In this document: piece by piece, positions 27,497-37,021 of the stretch | How the letters are laid out: each line of letters starts with the position of its first letter | How positions within the stretch are numbered: position 1 is the stretch's first letter | Notes under the pieces: model-generated | Told to the model about the DNA's origin: nothing | Databases searched by the model: none | What the model saw: only the letters and a program-made list of their open reading frames with translations | Made by a program: the position numbers and the translations under genes | Source of the DNA: an uncultured Gemmatimonadaceae bacterium | GTDB taxonomy: Bacteria > Latescibacterota > UBA2968 > UBA8231 | DNA: 63,304 bases | Assembly: GCA_964591015.1 (NCBI GenBank) | Contig: CAZPXM010000006.1 | Coordinates: 1 to 63,304 of the forward strand | Direction: 5' to 3'

Positions 27497-28261
27497 ATGA
27501 AAGTGGCCGTGTTCGGCGCTGCGGGCTGGACCGGGCGGGCGGTGCTGGCGTGTCTGGCCGGTGTGCACGAGGTGCGGGCCTTCGACCGGTCGGCAGCGGC
27601 CTGGGAGGCGTGGCGCGATGTCGATGGCGAGTGGGACGGGGAGCGGCTGTCGGGCGATATCTCGGACTACGGGACCGTCGACGCCGTGCTGGCAGGCGTG
27701 GACGCCGCGATCCACCTGGCGGTCCTGCCGGCGGGCACGGCGGGCGCGTACGGCCTGGACGATCCGCAGCCGTTCCTGGTGAACCTGAAGGGCCTGTGGA
27801 ATGTGCTCGAGGCGGCCAGCCGGCGTGGGCTAGGCCCGGTCGTGCACGCGGGCTCGTGCCAGACCGCGCACCCGCGAGGGATCTTCTTCAGCGCCGACGT
27901 GCGCCGTCCGGACGCCGGGCTGTACGCGGTGACCAAGCGGCTGCAGGAGGAGATGTGCCGGCAATTCCACGAGGGCACCGGACTGCGCATCATCGTCCTC
28001 CGGCCCGACTACATCGTCGACAGCCGGCTCGGGATCGGCAGGCACCGGGAACGCCTGGGTCCGGGGGGCAGTCGGTACCGCCCGGGGTGGGTGTGTCGGC
28101 ACGATCTGGCCATGGCCTGCCGCCTGGCGATCGAGTCCGACCTGGAGTTCGAGGTCCTGCACATCGTCGGCACGGTAGAGGCCGAGGCCACGTGCAACGT
28201 GGCCGATTCGCGCCGCAAGCTGGGACTTGTCTACCGAGGCGACCTGGAGCGGTTCCGCTGA
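27497..28261 (+). CDS. NAD(P)-dependent oxidoreductase, epimerase/dehydratase family
   Basis: VFGAAGWTG Rossmann motif, VNLKG..NVLEAA, LYAVTK (YxxxK). Confidence 0.88.
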   Translation: MKVAVFGAAGWTGRAVLACLAGVHEVRAFDRSAAAWEAWRDVDGEWDGERLSGDISDYGTVDAVLAGVDAAIHLAVLPAGTAGAYGLDDPQPFLVNLKGLWNVLEAASRRGLGPVVHAGSCQTAHPRGIFFSADVRRPDAGLYAVTKRLQEEMCRQFHEGTGLRIIVLRPDYIVDSRLGIGRHRERLGPGGSRYRPGWVCRHDLAMACRLAIESDLEFEVLHIVGTVEAEATCNVADSRRKLGLVYRGDLERFR

Positions 28262-28302
28262 CGGCCGGCGGATCGCCGCGACGTGCCGGGCCGCGGCCTG
28301 CG

Positions 28303-28331
28303 TTGACACCGGCTGGTTCGGCCGGTACCTT
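28303..28331 (+). promoter_or_regulatory. sigma70 promoter for the peptidase-PD40-barrel gene
   Basis: TTGACA-N17-TACCTT, 45 nt upstream of the TTG start. Confidence 0.6.
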
Positions 28332-28375
28332 AGCGCCGCCCAATGGTGGCCTCTATCTGCAGGACTTGACAGGAC

Positions 28376-31300
28376 TTGCGATACAGAACTGGCTTGCGCA
28401 AGAGGCTCGCTGCAGCAGCGGTGCTGGCACTGTTGGCGCTGCGCGCGGGACCGCTGCACGCCCAGCTCCAGACGATCTCCACAGAGCATTTCCAGATCCA
28501 TTTCATGCCGGGCGCCGAGAACACGGCCAGGCGGACGGCCGAGACCGCCGAGGAGGTATTCGCGCCGCTGGCGGCAGCATTCGAGTACTTCGACGAGTTC
28601 CAGACGATCCACGTCCTGGTGCTGGACAGCTCGGACCTGCTGGGCAACGGCATGGCCGACTACTACAGCAACACGATCTACATCTGGGCCACGAGTCTGG
28701 ACATCGAGCTGCGCGGCACCCACGACTGGATCCGCAATGTGCTGACGCACGAGCTCACGCACGTCATGACCCTGACGAAGGCGCGGCACAGGTGGCCCTT
28801 CCACGTGGCCCTGATCCAGGTCTCGCGCTTCGACGCCAACCCCGATATCAGCTTTTCCTTCCCGCTCTACCACCTGAACGCGCCGCGCGGCTGGGCCGAG
28901 GGCATCGCCCAGTACGGGCCGCACCGGTTCGGCTACGACACCTGGGACTCGCACCGCGACATGCTGCTGCGGATGGCAGCCCTGGAAGACGACCTGTTGA
29001 CCTGGGAGGAGCTGGGATCGCTGGAGGACCGTGCGGGCAGGTACTACGGCGAGATGGTCTACAACCAGGGCTACGCGCTGCTGCTGTACGTCGCGGACCG
29101 GTACGGCGCGGCCAAGGTGGACGAACTGGGCCGGCACACCGGCCTGATCAGCTTCGAGCCGGCTGTCCGGCGCGTGCTCGGCGTCTCGGCCGAGCAACTC
29201 TATGCCGACTGGAAACGGCACATCGTCGATCGCTACCGGCAGCATGCCGAAGCGCTGCGGGCCGCCGGGCTGTTCGAGGGCGAGCCGCTGCGTGGCCTGA
29301 ACACCGGCATCATCGAGTACTTCCCGGCCTATTCCCCCGATGGCACTCGCCTGGCCTTCATCAGCAGCGAGGATCGCGAGTTCGCCATCCCGTATCTGCG
29401 CCTGCACGATTTCGGCTCCGGCAAGACGCGCACCCTGAAGGGGTATGTGGACACGCGGATCTCGTGGTCGCCGGACGGCCGCGAGATCGTGTTCGTGCGC
29501 AACAAGGAAGGCTTCAACGATCTGTTCGTCTACGACCTGGAGGCAGACGAGGAGCGCCGGATCAGCGCGCGCCTGCGCGCCCGGGATCCCGCCTTCTCGC
29601 CCGACGGTCAGCGCATCGTCTTCGTCCACAACGCCGACGGGACCAACAACCTGGCGGTGGTGAAGCGGGACGGCACGGGGCTGGTCTATCTGACCAACAA
29701 CCACGACGGCACCCAGTACTGGGCGCCGCGCTGGTCGCCCGACGGGTCGCGCATCCTGTTCAACGTGTTTCGCGGCGAGGATCGCGACATCGCCATGATC
29801 CGGGCGGACTCGCCGCCGCGGCCGAAGGACTACGGCATCAAGGACCGCAGCCAGGCCAGCGTCCCCGACTCGCTGAAGGTGTTTCCCGACAGCCTGGCCA
29901 TACCCGCGGCCGATACCTCGGGCCTGGTGGCCCTCGTGGCCACGCCCTTCGACGAGCGGGACCCGTGCTGGCTGCCTGACGGCAGCGGTTTCGTGTTCGC
30001 GTCGGACCGGAGCGGGATCTTCAACCTGTATCGCTACACCCTGGCCACCGGCCAGATCGAGCAGTTGACCAATGTGCTCGGCGGGGCCTTCGCCCCCTCG
30101 GTAGCGCCGGACGGTCGCGTGGTCTACAGCGGGTACCACGCCAACAACCATGATCTGTACGAGTTCCGGTTGGGCGAGTACGCGGTGCCCGCTGCTCCGG
30201 CGCCCAGCGTCAGCCGTGACTATCACCGGCAGCTGCGCCTGCCCAGCCTGGCCGAGGAGTTCGCGGTGTCGCCCTACCGCGGCAGGCACATCGCCAGCGT
30301 CGTCCCGATTCTGCAGGTGGGTCCGACCTACGTGGGCACCACCTTTGGCCTGAACGAGGTGAGCGCCGGGGTGCAGGTGTCGTCCGGCGAGATGCTCGGC
30401 GGGCAGGAGGTGACGGGGTGGGGGCTGCTGGGGCGGAATCTGCGCGACGACACGGCCCCGAACACCGACTTCGGGGTGTTCTACTCCCGCAGCCTTCTGC
30501 CTCGGGTCGGCAACAGCCGGGTGTTCAACCCGAGCCTGTACGTGGGCGGCCGGCGGCGGCAGATCGACAACCTGCAGCGGCTGGTCGACCCTGTGAGCAT
30601 CGACACCGTGGGGACCGGGACGCTGTACCCGGTGCCCAGCGACACGACGGGCGTGGATCTGCTGATCCCGGGGGTCGAGCAGTACCTCTACTCCAGATCG
30701 TCGCGCCAGGACCTGTTCCGGAACACCTTCACCCAGGCGGTCGTCGGGCTGGAGCTGCCGCTCACGACCCGACAGCGTCTGGACGTCCAGTACCTCTTCT
30801 CGGACTACGACGAGGACTGGCTACTCCAGCGCTACCGGTACGAGGGGCGCGTGTTCGTGGTGCAGGACGGCAAGGACATCAGTGCCCAGTTGCCAGCGGC
30901 CCTGCAGGAGCAACTGGTGCGGGACACGGTGCTGGTGACCGAGTCCGCGGCGCGTCCCTACTACCGCGGGCTGGACTACTATACCGCGCACGATCTGGGT
31001 CTGGTGTGGAGCTACCAGCTCGCCCTGCCGACGGCGACTCGGCAGATCAATCCCAGGGGGCGCAGCCTGGCCGCCGCCTACCGGTTCCGGCAGCCGCTGG
31101 TGGCCGGCTACCTCGTCGACCGCGGCGTGGACGAGGAGGGGAATCTCCGCGACGACTCGATCGATGATTTCGGTTTTCCGGTCGATGCCTACGGGGTCCG
31201 CCAGGATCGTCTGGTGCCGGTCCGGACCAGGCTGCACGTCAGCGAGCTGATCGGTCTGTACGAGGAGCGGGTCGGCCTTCCCTTCGACAACACGCTCTCG

Positions 31301-31795
31301 CTAAGGCTGCTGGGCGGCATCCGCGACATCCGGCTCCAGGACCCCGACGACGAGGACAGCCGGATACTCGAGGGCCGGTACCACTGGCCTCTCCGCTACT
31401 ACCTCGGCGGGCTGGACAATCTCAGCGGGTATCCCTATTTCGCCGCGTGGGGTTCGAGCGTGGCGTACGGGCGCGCCGGGTACCTGTTCCCGATCGTGCC
31501 GCGGTTCAGCGCCCGCTTCCTGAACCTGACGCTTTCGAAGCTCTACGCCGAGCTGTTCGCCGAGGCTGGCGCCGTGGGCAACACGGGCCGAGTCGAGCTG
31601 TCGGCCTGGGATGCGGCTCGCATCCTCGCCGACGTGGGCGGTGAGGTGCGGTGGCAGATCTTCTCGTACTACCGCTTCCCCATGTCGGCCTTCCTGCAGG
31701 TGGCGCACCCGCTGCGCCCGGTGCGGGAGCTGCGCGGCGGCGAGGACGAGCAACTGGACGACTGGCGCTGGTACTTTGGCTTCGGTTTCCGGTGA
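28376..31795 (+). CDS. Exported 1139-aa protein: HEXXH metallopeptidase-like domain, PD40/TolB-like propeller repeats and C-terminal Omp85-like beta-barrel
   Basis: Signal peptide ending LHA; HELTH...WAEGIAQY; repeated (W/F/Y)SPDG motifs; YYLGGLDNLSGY loop; C-terminal WRWYFGFGFR. Confidence 0.85.
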   Translation: MRYRTGLRKRLAAAAVLALLALRAGPLHAQLQTISTEHFQIHFMPGAENTARRTAETAEEVFAPLAAAFEYFDEFQTIHVLVLDSSDLLGNGMADYYSNTIYIWATSLDIELRGTHDWIRNVLTHELTHVMTLTKARHRWPFHVALIQVSRFDANPDISFSFPLYHLNAPRGWAEGIAQYGPHRFGYDTWDSHRDMLLRMAALEDDLLTWEELGSLEDRAGRYYGEMVYNQGYALLLYVADRYGAAKVDELGRHTGLISFEPAVRRVLGVSAEQLYADWKRHIVDRYRQHAEALRAAGLFEGEPLRGLNTGIIEYFPAYSPDGTRLAFISSEDREFAIPYLRLHDFGSGKTRTLKGYVDTRISWSPDGREIVFVRNKEGFNDLFVYDLEADEERRISARLRARDPAFSPDGQRIVFVHNADGTNNLAVVKRDGTGLVYLTNNHDGTQYWAPRWSPDGSRILFNVFRGEDRDIAMIRADSPPRPKDYGIKDRSQASVPDSLKVFPDSLAIPAADTSGLVALVATPFDERDPCWLPDGSGFVFASDRSGIFNLYRYTLATGQIEQLTNVLGGAFAPSVAPDGRVVYSGYHANNHDLYEFRLGEYAVPAAPAPSVSRDYHRQLRLPSLAEEFAVSPYRGRHIASVVPILQVGPTYVGTTFGLNEVSAGVQVSSGEMLGGQEVTGWGLLGRNLRDDTAPNTDFGVFYSRSLLPRVGNSRVFNPSLYVGGRRRQIDNLQRLVDPVSIDTVGTGTLYPVPSDTTGVDLLIPGVEQYLYSRSSRQDLFRNTFTQAVVGLELPLTTRQRLDVQYLFSDYDEDWLLQRYRYEGRVFVVQDGKDISAQLPAALQEQLVRDTVLVTESAARPYYRGLDYYTAHDLGLVWSYQLALPTATRQINPRGRSLAAAYRFRQPLVAGYLVDRGVDEEGNLRDDSIDDFGFPVDAYGVRQDRLVPVRTRLHVSELIGLYEERVGLPFDNTLSLRLLGGIRDIRLQDPDDEDSRILEGRYHWPLRYYLGGLDNLSGYPYFAAWGSSVAYGRAGYLFPIVPRFSARFLNLTLSKLYAELFAEAGAVGNTGRVELSAWDAARILADVGGEVRWQIFSYYRFPMSAFLQVAHPLRPVRELRGGEDEQLDDWRWYFGFGFR

Positions 31796-31884
31796 CGTGC
31801 TGGAGTTTGTTGCCGCACGCACGCAGGCGCCTGCTCGTCGGCTCCGGGCAGCGCCGGGCGTGGGTACGGCTGGACCGGTGGGCA

Positions 31885-32221
31885 ATGGAGAACTGCGAGC
31901 GTGGCAGGGCGGCCTGGGGTCGCCGGTTGGTGGAGCTGGTGCGAGACTACCTAAGCCGGCGTCTTCACGCTGCGGCGGTGGCTGCCTGGCGTCGCCAGAT
32001 CCTGCCGAACTGACATGGTGAAGCTGAGGCTGGCGCGCGTGCTGCACGGGCCCAATCGCAACCGCACGCTGCGGCGGTTCGGCGAGATGGCGGCAGGCCA
32101 GGTGGACAGCGCCGCAGTCGAGCAGCTCTTTCGCCGCTTCTGGCAGCTCTGGCGGGGGCAGGAAGCCAGCGGCGACGTGCAGCCGGCCATCGAGGGCCAG
32201 GCCATCAGTGGCATGGAGTGA
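31885..32221 (+). other. Two abutting small ORFs (31885-32013, 32015-32221), possibly one frameshifted gene
   Basis: Junction AAC-TGA-C-ATG; the second ORF has strong GC3 coding bias; removing one T fuses them as ...ILPN-D-MVKL... Confidence 0.45.
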
Positions 32222-32330
32222 GGCGGGCTGGCTCGTGCGGCCGGCCCTGGCCGGCGAGCCTCGTGTGCCCTGCTGCGGCCGGGCGCGGCGGCAGCCGGGG
32301 TGCATCTGCAGTGCGCGGGCGGTCCAGCGG

Positions 32331-33089
32331 TTGCCGCTGCCGGGCTGGCGCCGGGTCGTCGCGGCCCGCTGGGTGCTGCTGCTGGTGGGGGCGAGCGTCC
32401 TTGGCTGCGGACGGACGCGGACGGAGGAGGATCCGGCGGCTGCGGCGCTGGCCGCCCGCCTCGCGCCGTTGCGCCAGCGCCTCGCCGCCGGGCCGGCGGC
32501 CGCGGACGCGGCCTACGAGATGGGGCTGGCGTTCGAGGAGCACCAGATGGGGGACTCCGCGCGGGCAGCCTACGAGCGCTGCATCGCGTGGAGTCCGCGG
32601 TACGTGGCGGCCCATCTGCGCCTGGCGGGGGTCTACTACCGGCTGGGCAGGCTCGACGAGGCGATCGACGCCTACCGCCGCACGCTCGAACTGGCGCCCG
32701 GGACTGCCGCGGTCTGGAACAATCTTGGCTTCGTCTTCAAGGCCAAGGGCGCCCTGGACAGCGCTGCGGCGGCCTACCGCCGGGCGATAGCTCTGGATTC
32801 GTCCTTCTACGAACCGTACAACAACCTGGCTCAGCTCGTGCGCCAGCAGGGTCGCCCTGCCGAGGCGATCCCGCTGCTCCAGCGCGCCATCGAGCTCGAG
32901 CCCGCCTTCGCCGTGGCGTACGTGAATCTGGCCACGCTGCGGCGCGAGCTGGGCGACGTGCCGGGTGAGCGTGCCGTGGTGACGGGGTACCTCCAGCGCT
33001 TCGGGACGCAGGGCATGTTCGGCGCCTACATGCGCGGGCGACTCGCGGAGCTGGACAGCGCTGGCACCCTGGCGGCCCGCCCGAAGTGA
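32331..33089 (+). CDS. TPR-repeat protein, probable lipoprotein (start uncertain)
   Basis: Hydrophobic stretch plus SVLGC lipobox-like site; tandem TPRs (AHLRLAGVY, VWNNLG, PYNNLA, AYVNLA). Confidence 0.82.
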   Translation: MPLPGWRRVVAARWVLLLVGASVLGCGRTRTEEDPAAAALAARLAPLRQRLAAGPAAADAAYEMGLAFEEHQMGDSARAAYERCIAWSPRYVAAHLRLAGVYYRLGRLDEAIDAYRRTLELAPGTAAVWNNLGFVFKAKGALDSAAAAYRRAIALDSSFYEPYNNLAQLVRQQGRPAEAIPLLQRAIELEPAFAVAYVNLATLRRELGDVPGERAVVTGYLQRFGTQGMFGAYMRGRLAELDSAGTLAARPK

Positions 33090-33131
33090 ACGGCGCGTCG
33101 CTGTCGGGGCCGGCGGCGCCGGCCGGCGGCG

Positions 33132-33722
33132 CTAGCCCCCGAGTGTTCCGCAGCGGCTCGGGGCCGCGCGGCTCGGCGCCGCGCGGGTCGACGCGGCGGG
33201 GTGCCGCAGGGCGCCGAGATGTCGCCGCAGCAGCCGCAGGTAGTCGAGGCTGGACACCACGAGCATGCCCGCGGCGAGCCAGCTCAGCGCGCCCCGCAGC
33301 CAGCCCGGCACCGGCAGCAGGTACGCCAGGCCGGCGACGATGAGCGAGACGGTGGCGAACTTGCCCGAGCGGCTGGGGCTGAGCACCAGACCGTGGGCGC
33401 GCAGCAGATAGCATCCGACGGCCACGATGCCCACGTCGCGCAGCAGGATGCCGGCCAGCAGCCAGGCCGGGAATCCGCGCCAGCAATAGAGCCCGATCCC
33501 CAGCGAGCCCACGAACAGCTTGTCGGCCACCGGATCCAGGATGCGGCCGGTGCGGGAGACCTGGCCGTAGCGCCGCGCCACGTACCCGTCGGCGAGGTCG
33601 GAGAGGGCGGCGGCCAGCAGGACCAGCACGGTGGCTGCCGAAGCCCGCTCGCCGTCGCGGTGCAGTGAGACCAGCAGCGGTGCAACGAGGAGGATCCGCA
33701 GCAGGCTGAGGGCGTTGGCCAT
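33132..33722 (-). CDS. pgsA: CDP-alcohol phosphatidyltransferase (PgsA-like)
   Basis: ANALSLLR and SDLADGYVARR..QVS..GRILDPVADK signature. Confidence 0.85.
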   Translation of the reverse strand: MANALSLLRILLVAPLLVSLHRDGERASAATVLVLLAAALSDLADGYVARRYGQVSRTGRILDPVADKLFVGSLGIGLYCWRGFPAWLLAGILLRDVGIVAVGCYLLRAHGLVLSPSRSGKFATVSLIVAGLAYLLPVPGWLRGALSWLAAGMLVVSSLDYLRLLRRHLGALRHPAASTRAAPSRAAPSRCGTLGG

Positions 33723-33740
33723 GGCGTCGGGGCCCGAGTA

Positions 33741-35435
33741 CTAGCGGAGCATCTCCTGGGCGTGTCGCAGGGCGGTGGCAGAGACGGTGTCGCCGGCCAG
33801 CAGACGGGCGATCTCGGCAGCTCGCTCTTCCTGGCGCAGCGGCAGGACCTCCGTCACCGTGCGGCCGCTCTCCTGGCGCTTGCGCACGGAGAAATGGTGC
33901 GCGGCGGCGCTGGCGATCTGCGGCAGATGGGTGATGACGAGCAGCTGGTGCGACCGGGACAAGGCGCGCAGCTTGCGGCCGACGGCCGCGGCGATCCGGC
34001 CCGAGATGCCCACGTCGATCTCGTCGAAGACGAGGGTGGCCACCCTGTCCCGTTCGGCGATCACCTCCTTGAGCGCGAGCATGATCCGCGAGATCTCGCC
34101 GCCGGAGGCGATGCGGGCCAGGGGCCGCGGCCCCTCGCCGGGATTGGGGGCGATGACGAACTCGGCCTGCTCCACTCCCGTGGGGCCCGCCTGCCAGCGG
34201 GTTCCGCCGTCCTCCACCGGCCCGTTCGCATCCTCCTGGCGGCGCAGGTCGACGCGGAACCGCACCTGCGGCATGCCCAGATCGCGCAACCCTTCCTCGA
34301 CCGCGCCGGCGAGCGCGCGGGTCGCGGCGCCGCGCTGCGCCGACAGCGAGAGGCACGCCTGCGCGAACGCCTCGCGACGCCGGGCTGCCTCCGCGTCCGC
34401 CTGCTCGATGGCAGCGTCCAGCGCGGCCGTGCGCTGCTCCTGTCGCTCCAGTTCGGCGGCCGTCCGCAGGACGTCCTCCAGCGACCCGCCGTGCTTGCGG
34501 CGCAGGCGGCGCAGGGCCTCCAGCCGCTCGCGCAGCTCCTCGGCCCGCTCGGGCTGGACCTCCAGCCGTTGCGAGTAGGTCCGGAGGCGCTCGGCCGCGT
34601 CCTCGACGCGGTACATCAGCTCCTCGACCCCGTCGGCGATCCCCTGCAGCGACGCATCCAGGCGCACGAGCCGTTCCAGCTCGCGCCGCGCGCGCCCGAG
34701 CTGCTCGGTGACCGAGCCGTCGGCCTGGTGCAGCAAGTCGAAGAGCGTCCCGCAGGTCTGCACGACCGTCTCCGCGTGCTCCAGCAGCTCCAGTTCCCGC
34801 TGGAGGCGCTCGTCCTCGCCCGGCGTGGGGGCCAGCTCGCGGATCTCGGCCAGCTCGTGGTTGCGGAGCTGCTCCTCCGCAGCCAGAGAGGCCCGCTCCT
34901 GGCGCAGCTCCGCCAGGCGCCTCGCCGCTGCCCGCGCGTCGCGGTGCGCGCGGCTGACCGCGGCCACCGTCTCGCCGAGACCCCCGAAGGCATCGAGGAA
35001 CCCTGTGTGGAGCTGCGGGTCGAGCAGCGCCTGATGCTCGTGCTGGCCATGGAGATCGATCAGCACCGAGCCCGCCTGGCGCAGGAGCCGGAGCGGCACG
35101 GCCATCCCGTTGACGAAGGCGCGAGAGCGGTTGTTGGGCAGCAGCTCGCGGCGCAGGAAGATCTGCCCGTCCTCCAGCTCCAGGCCCAGTGCGCGCAGAT
35201 GGCCGGCTGCCGGGGACGAGGGCGCCACTTCGAAGACGCCCTCGACGACGCCGCGCGCCGCCCCGGCGCGCACCAGGTCGGCGCTGGTCGGCCCTCCGAG
35301 GATCGAGTACAGCGCGCCCATGAGGATGGACTTGCCGGCGCCGGTCTCGCCCGTGATGACGTTGAAGCCGGGGCCGAACTCGATCGCCGCCGCCTGGATC
35401 AGCGCGAAGTCCCGGATCTGCAGGTGGGTGAGCAT
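33741..35435 (-). CDS. recN: DNA repair protein RecN
   Basis: ITGETGAGKS, IDLHGQHEHQ, IASGGEISR, FDEIDVGISG, ITHLPQIA. Confidence 0.98.
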   Translation of the reverse strand: MLTHLQIRDFALIQAAAIEFGPGFNVITGETGAGKSILMGALYSILGGPTSADLVRAGAARGVVEGVFEVAPSSPAAGHLRALGLELEDGQIFLRRELLPNNRSRAFVNGMAVPLRLLRQAGSVLIDLHGQHEHQALLDPQLHTGFLDAFGGLGETVAAVSRAHRDARAAARRLAELRQERASLAAEEQLRNHELAEIRELAPTPGEDERLQRELELLEHAETVVQTCGTLFDLLHQADGSVTEQLGRARRELERLVRLDASLQGIADGVEELMYRVEDAAERLRTYSQRLEVQPERAEELRERLEALRRLRRKHGGSLEDVLRTAAELERQEQRTAALDAAIEQADAEAARRREAFAQACLSLSAQRGAATRALAGAVEEGLRDLGMPQVRFRVDLRRQEDANGPVEDGGTRWQAGPTGVEQAEFVIAPNPGEGPRPLARIASGGEISRIMLALKEVIAERDRVATLVFDEIDVGISGRIAAAVGRKLRALSRSHQLLVITHLPQIASAAAHHFSVRKRQESGRTVTEVLPLRQEERAAEIARLLAGDTVSATALRHAQEMLR

Positions 35436-35459
35436 GGGCAGTGGCCGCCAGGAAGAGGG

Positions 35460-35753
35460 TCAGCCGGAAGCCGCCTGCCCGTCCTCGGCCGCGGGCGCGG
35501 CGGCGCCGTTCGCCCCTGTCGCGGGTCCGGCCTCCTCCCAGGCCTCCAGGCGGAACTGCCCGTCGGCCTCCGTGGTCAGCACCTGGACCCGCTGCCGCGT
35601 CTCCTCCAGCCACTTGGCGCAGGCGCGCGACGCGCTCACGCCCTGCTCGAAGACCTGCAACGCCTGCTCGAGCTTGAGCTCGCCGGATTCGAGCTGGGCC
35701 ACGCTCCGCTCCAGCAACTCCAGCGCGTCCTCGAAAGACATCGGCTCAGTCAT
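35460..35753 (-). CDS. xseB: Exodeoxyribonuclease VII small subunit
   Basis: SFEDALELLE..V.QLESGELKLEQAL..FEQG; overlaps the xseA stop. Confidence 0.94.
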   Translation of the reverse strand: MTEPMSFEDALELLERSVAQLESGELKLEQALQVFEQGVSASRACAKWLEETRQRVQVLTTEADGQFRLEAWEEAGPATGANGAAAPAAEDGQAASG

Positions 35754-36987
35754 CGCGCAGTTCCTCGACGCGGGCGGCGGCGCCGCCCTGCTGGAACCGC
35801 AGGTCGACCAGATCGCCGACCTGCAACTGGCTGGCAGCTCGCACCAGGGCGCCGTCGGCGCGGCGCTGGCACAGCGAGTACCCTCGCGCCAGGTGCGCCA
35901 GCGGGCTGAGCGCCTGCAGCTTGGCCGTCCGCTGCCCCAGCTCGTGCTCGCAGGCGCGCACCACCCGCTCGAAGGCGACGACCAGGTCGCGCCGCCGTTC
36001 GTCCACGTACTGACTCGTCTGGTCGAGGCGGTCCTGGAGCCGGCGAAGGAGCCGCGGTGGAGCCAGGTCCTGGAGACGGCGGGCGGCCGCTCCCAGCAGA
36101 TTGGCCATCGCTCGGTCGAGCCGCTGGCGGTACTGCTGCGTATGACGGATGAGTGCCGTACGCTCCTGGGCGACGATCTCGGCAGCCGCGGAAGGAGTCG
36201 GCGCGCGGCGGTCCGCCACATGGTCGGCGATGGTGAAGTCCACCTCGTGCCCCACCGCGGAGATCACCGGTATCGCCGAGCGGTAGATGGCCCGCGCCAC
36301 CACCTCTTCGTTGAACGGCCAGAGGTCCTCGGGGGAGCCTCCGCCACGACCGACGACCAATATATCGGTGGCCCCGAAGCGGTTCAAGTCAGCGATGCCG
36401 GCGGCGATCTCGAGCGCCGCGCCCGGTCCCTGGACGCGCACCGGCCGCAGCACGACCCGCACGCCAGGGGCACGGCGCGACAGGACGCTGATGATGTCGT
36501 GGATGGCCGCCCCCGTCGGCGACGTGACCACGCCGATGCTGCGGGGGAAGCGGGGCAGGGGGCGCTTGCGTTCGGGCGCGAAGAGCCCTTCCTCCTCGAG
36601 CCTGGCCTTCAGGCGCGCGAAGGCCAGCGCCAGCTCGCCGCGTCCGGCCGGCTGCAGCACCTCCGCGTAGAACTGATACCGGCCGCCCCGCTCGTACACC
36701 GAGATGCGGCCATAGGCCATCACCTGCATGCCGATCTGCGGCAGGAAATCGAGCCGGCGCCCGTGGCTCCGGAACATCACCGCGCTCAACTGCGCGTTCT
36801 CGTCCTTGAGGGTGAAGTACCGGTGGCCGGAGCTGTGGTGCGTGAAATCGGACAGCTCGCCGACGACCCAGCAGCGGGGCAGGGTCTGCTCCAGGGCCAG
36901 CTTGACCTGCGCCGTCAGTTCGGAGACCGTGTAGGGACGTCCACCGGCCAGCGGCAGGATCGACGGGGTCTCGTCAGTGGCTTCCAT
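35746..36987 (-). CDS. xseA: Exodeoxyribonuclease VII large subunit
   Basis: SGHRYFTLKD, VTSPTGAAIHD, RGGGSPEDLWPFNEE, SAVGHEVDFTIAD, RAPTPSAAAE. Confidence 0.97.
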   Translation of the reverse strand: MEATDETPSILPLAGGRPYTVSELTAQVKLALEQTLPRCWVVGELSDFTHHSSGHRYFTLKDENAQLSAVMFRSHGRRLDFLPQIGMQVMAYGRISVYERGGRYQFYAEVLQPAGRGELALAFARLKARLEEEGLFAPERKRPLPRFPRSIGVVTSPTGAAIHDIISVLSRRAPGVRVVLRPVRVQGPGAALEIAAGIADLNRFGATDILVVGRGGGSPEDLWPFNEEVVARAIYRSAIPVISAVGHEVDFTIADHVADRRAPTPSAAAEIVAQERTALIRHTQQYRQRLDRAMANLLGAAARRLQDLAPPRLLRRLQDRLDQTSQYVDERRRDLVVAFERVVRACEHELGQRTAKLQALSPLAHLARGYSLCQRRADGALVRAASQLQVGDLVDLRFQQGGAAARVEELRDD

Positions 36988-37021
36988 GGCTGGACTCCGC
37001 CTGCACGAGTGGGAGTTGGCG

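Noticed and set aside
32011-32013. Selenocysteine read-through of the TGA
   Set aside because: The in-frame continuation lacks coding bias, no SECIS-like hairpin or redox motif is evident, and the biased frame is +1.
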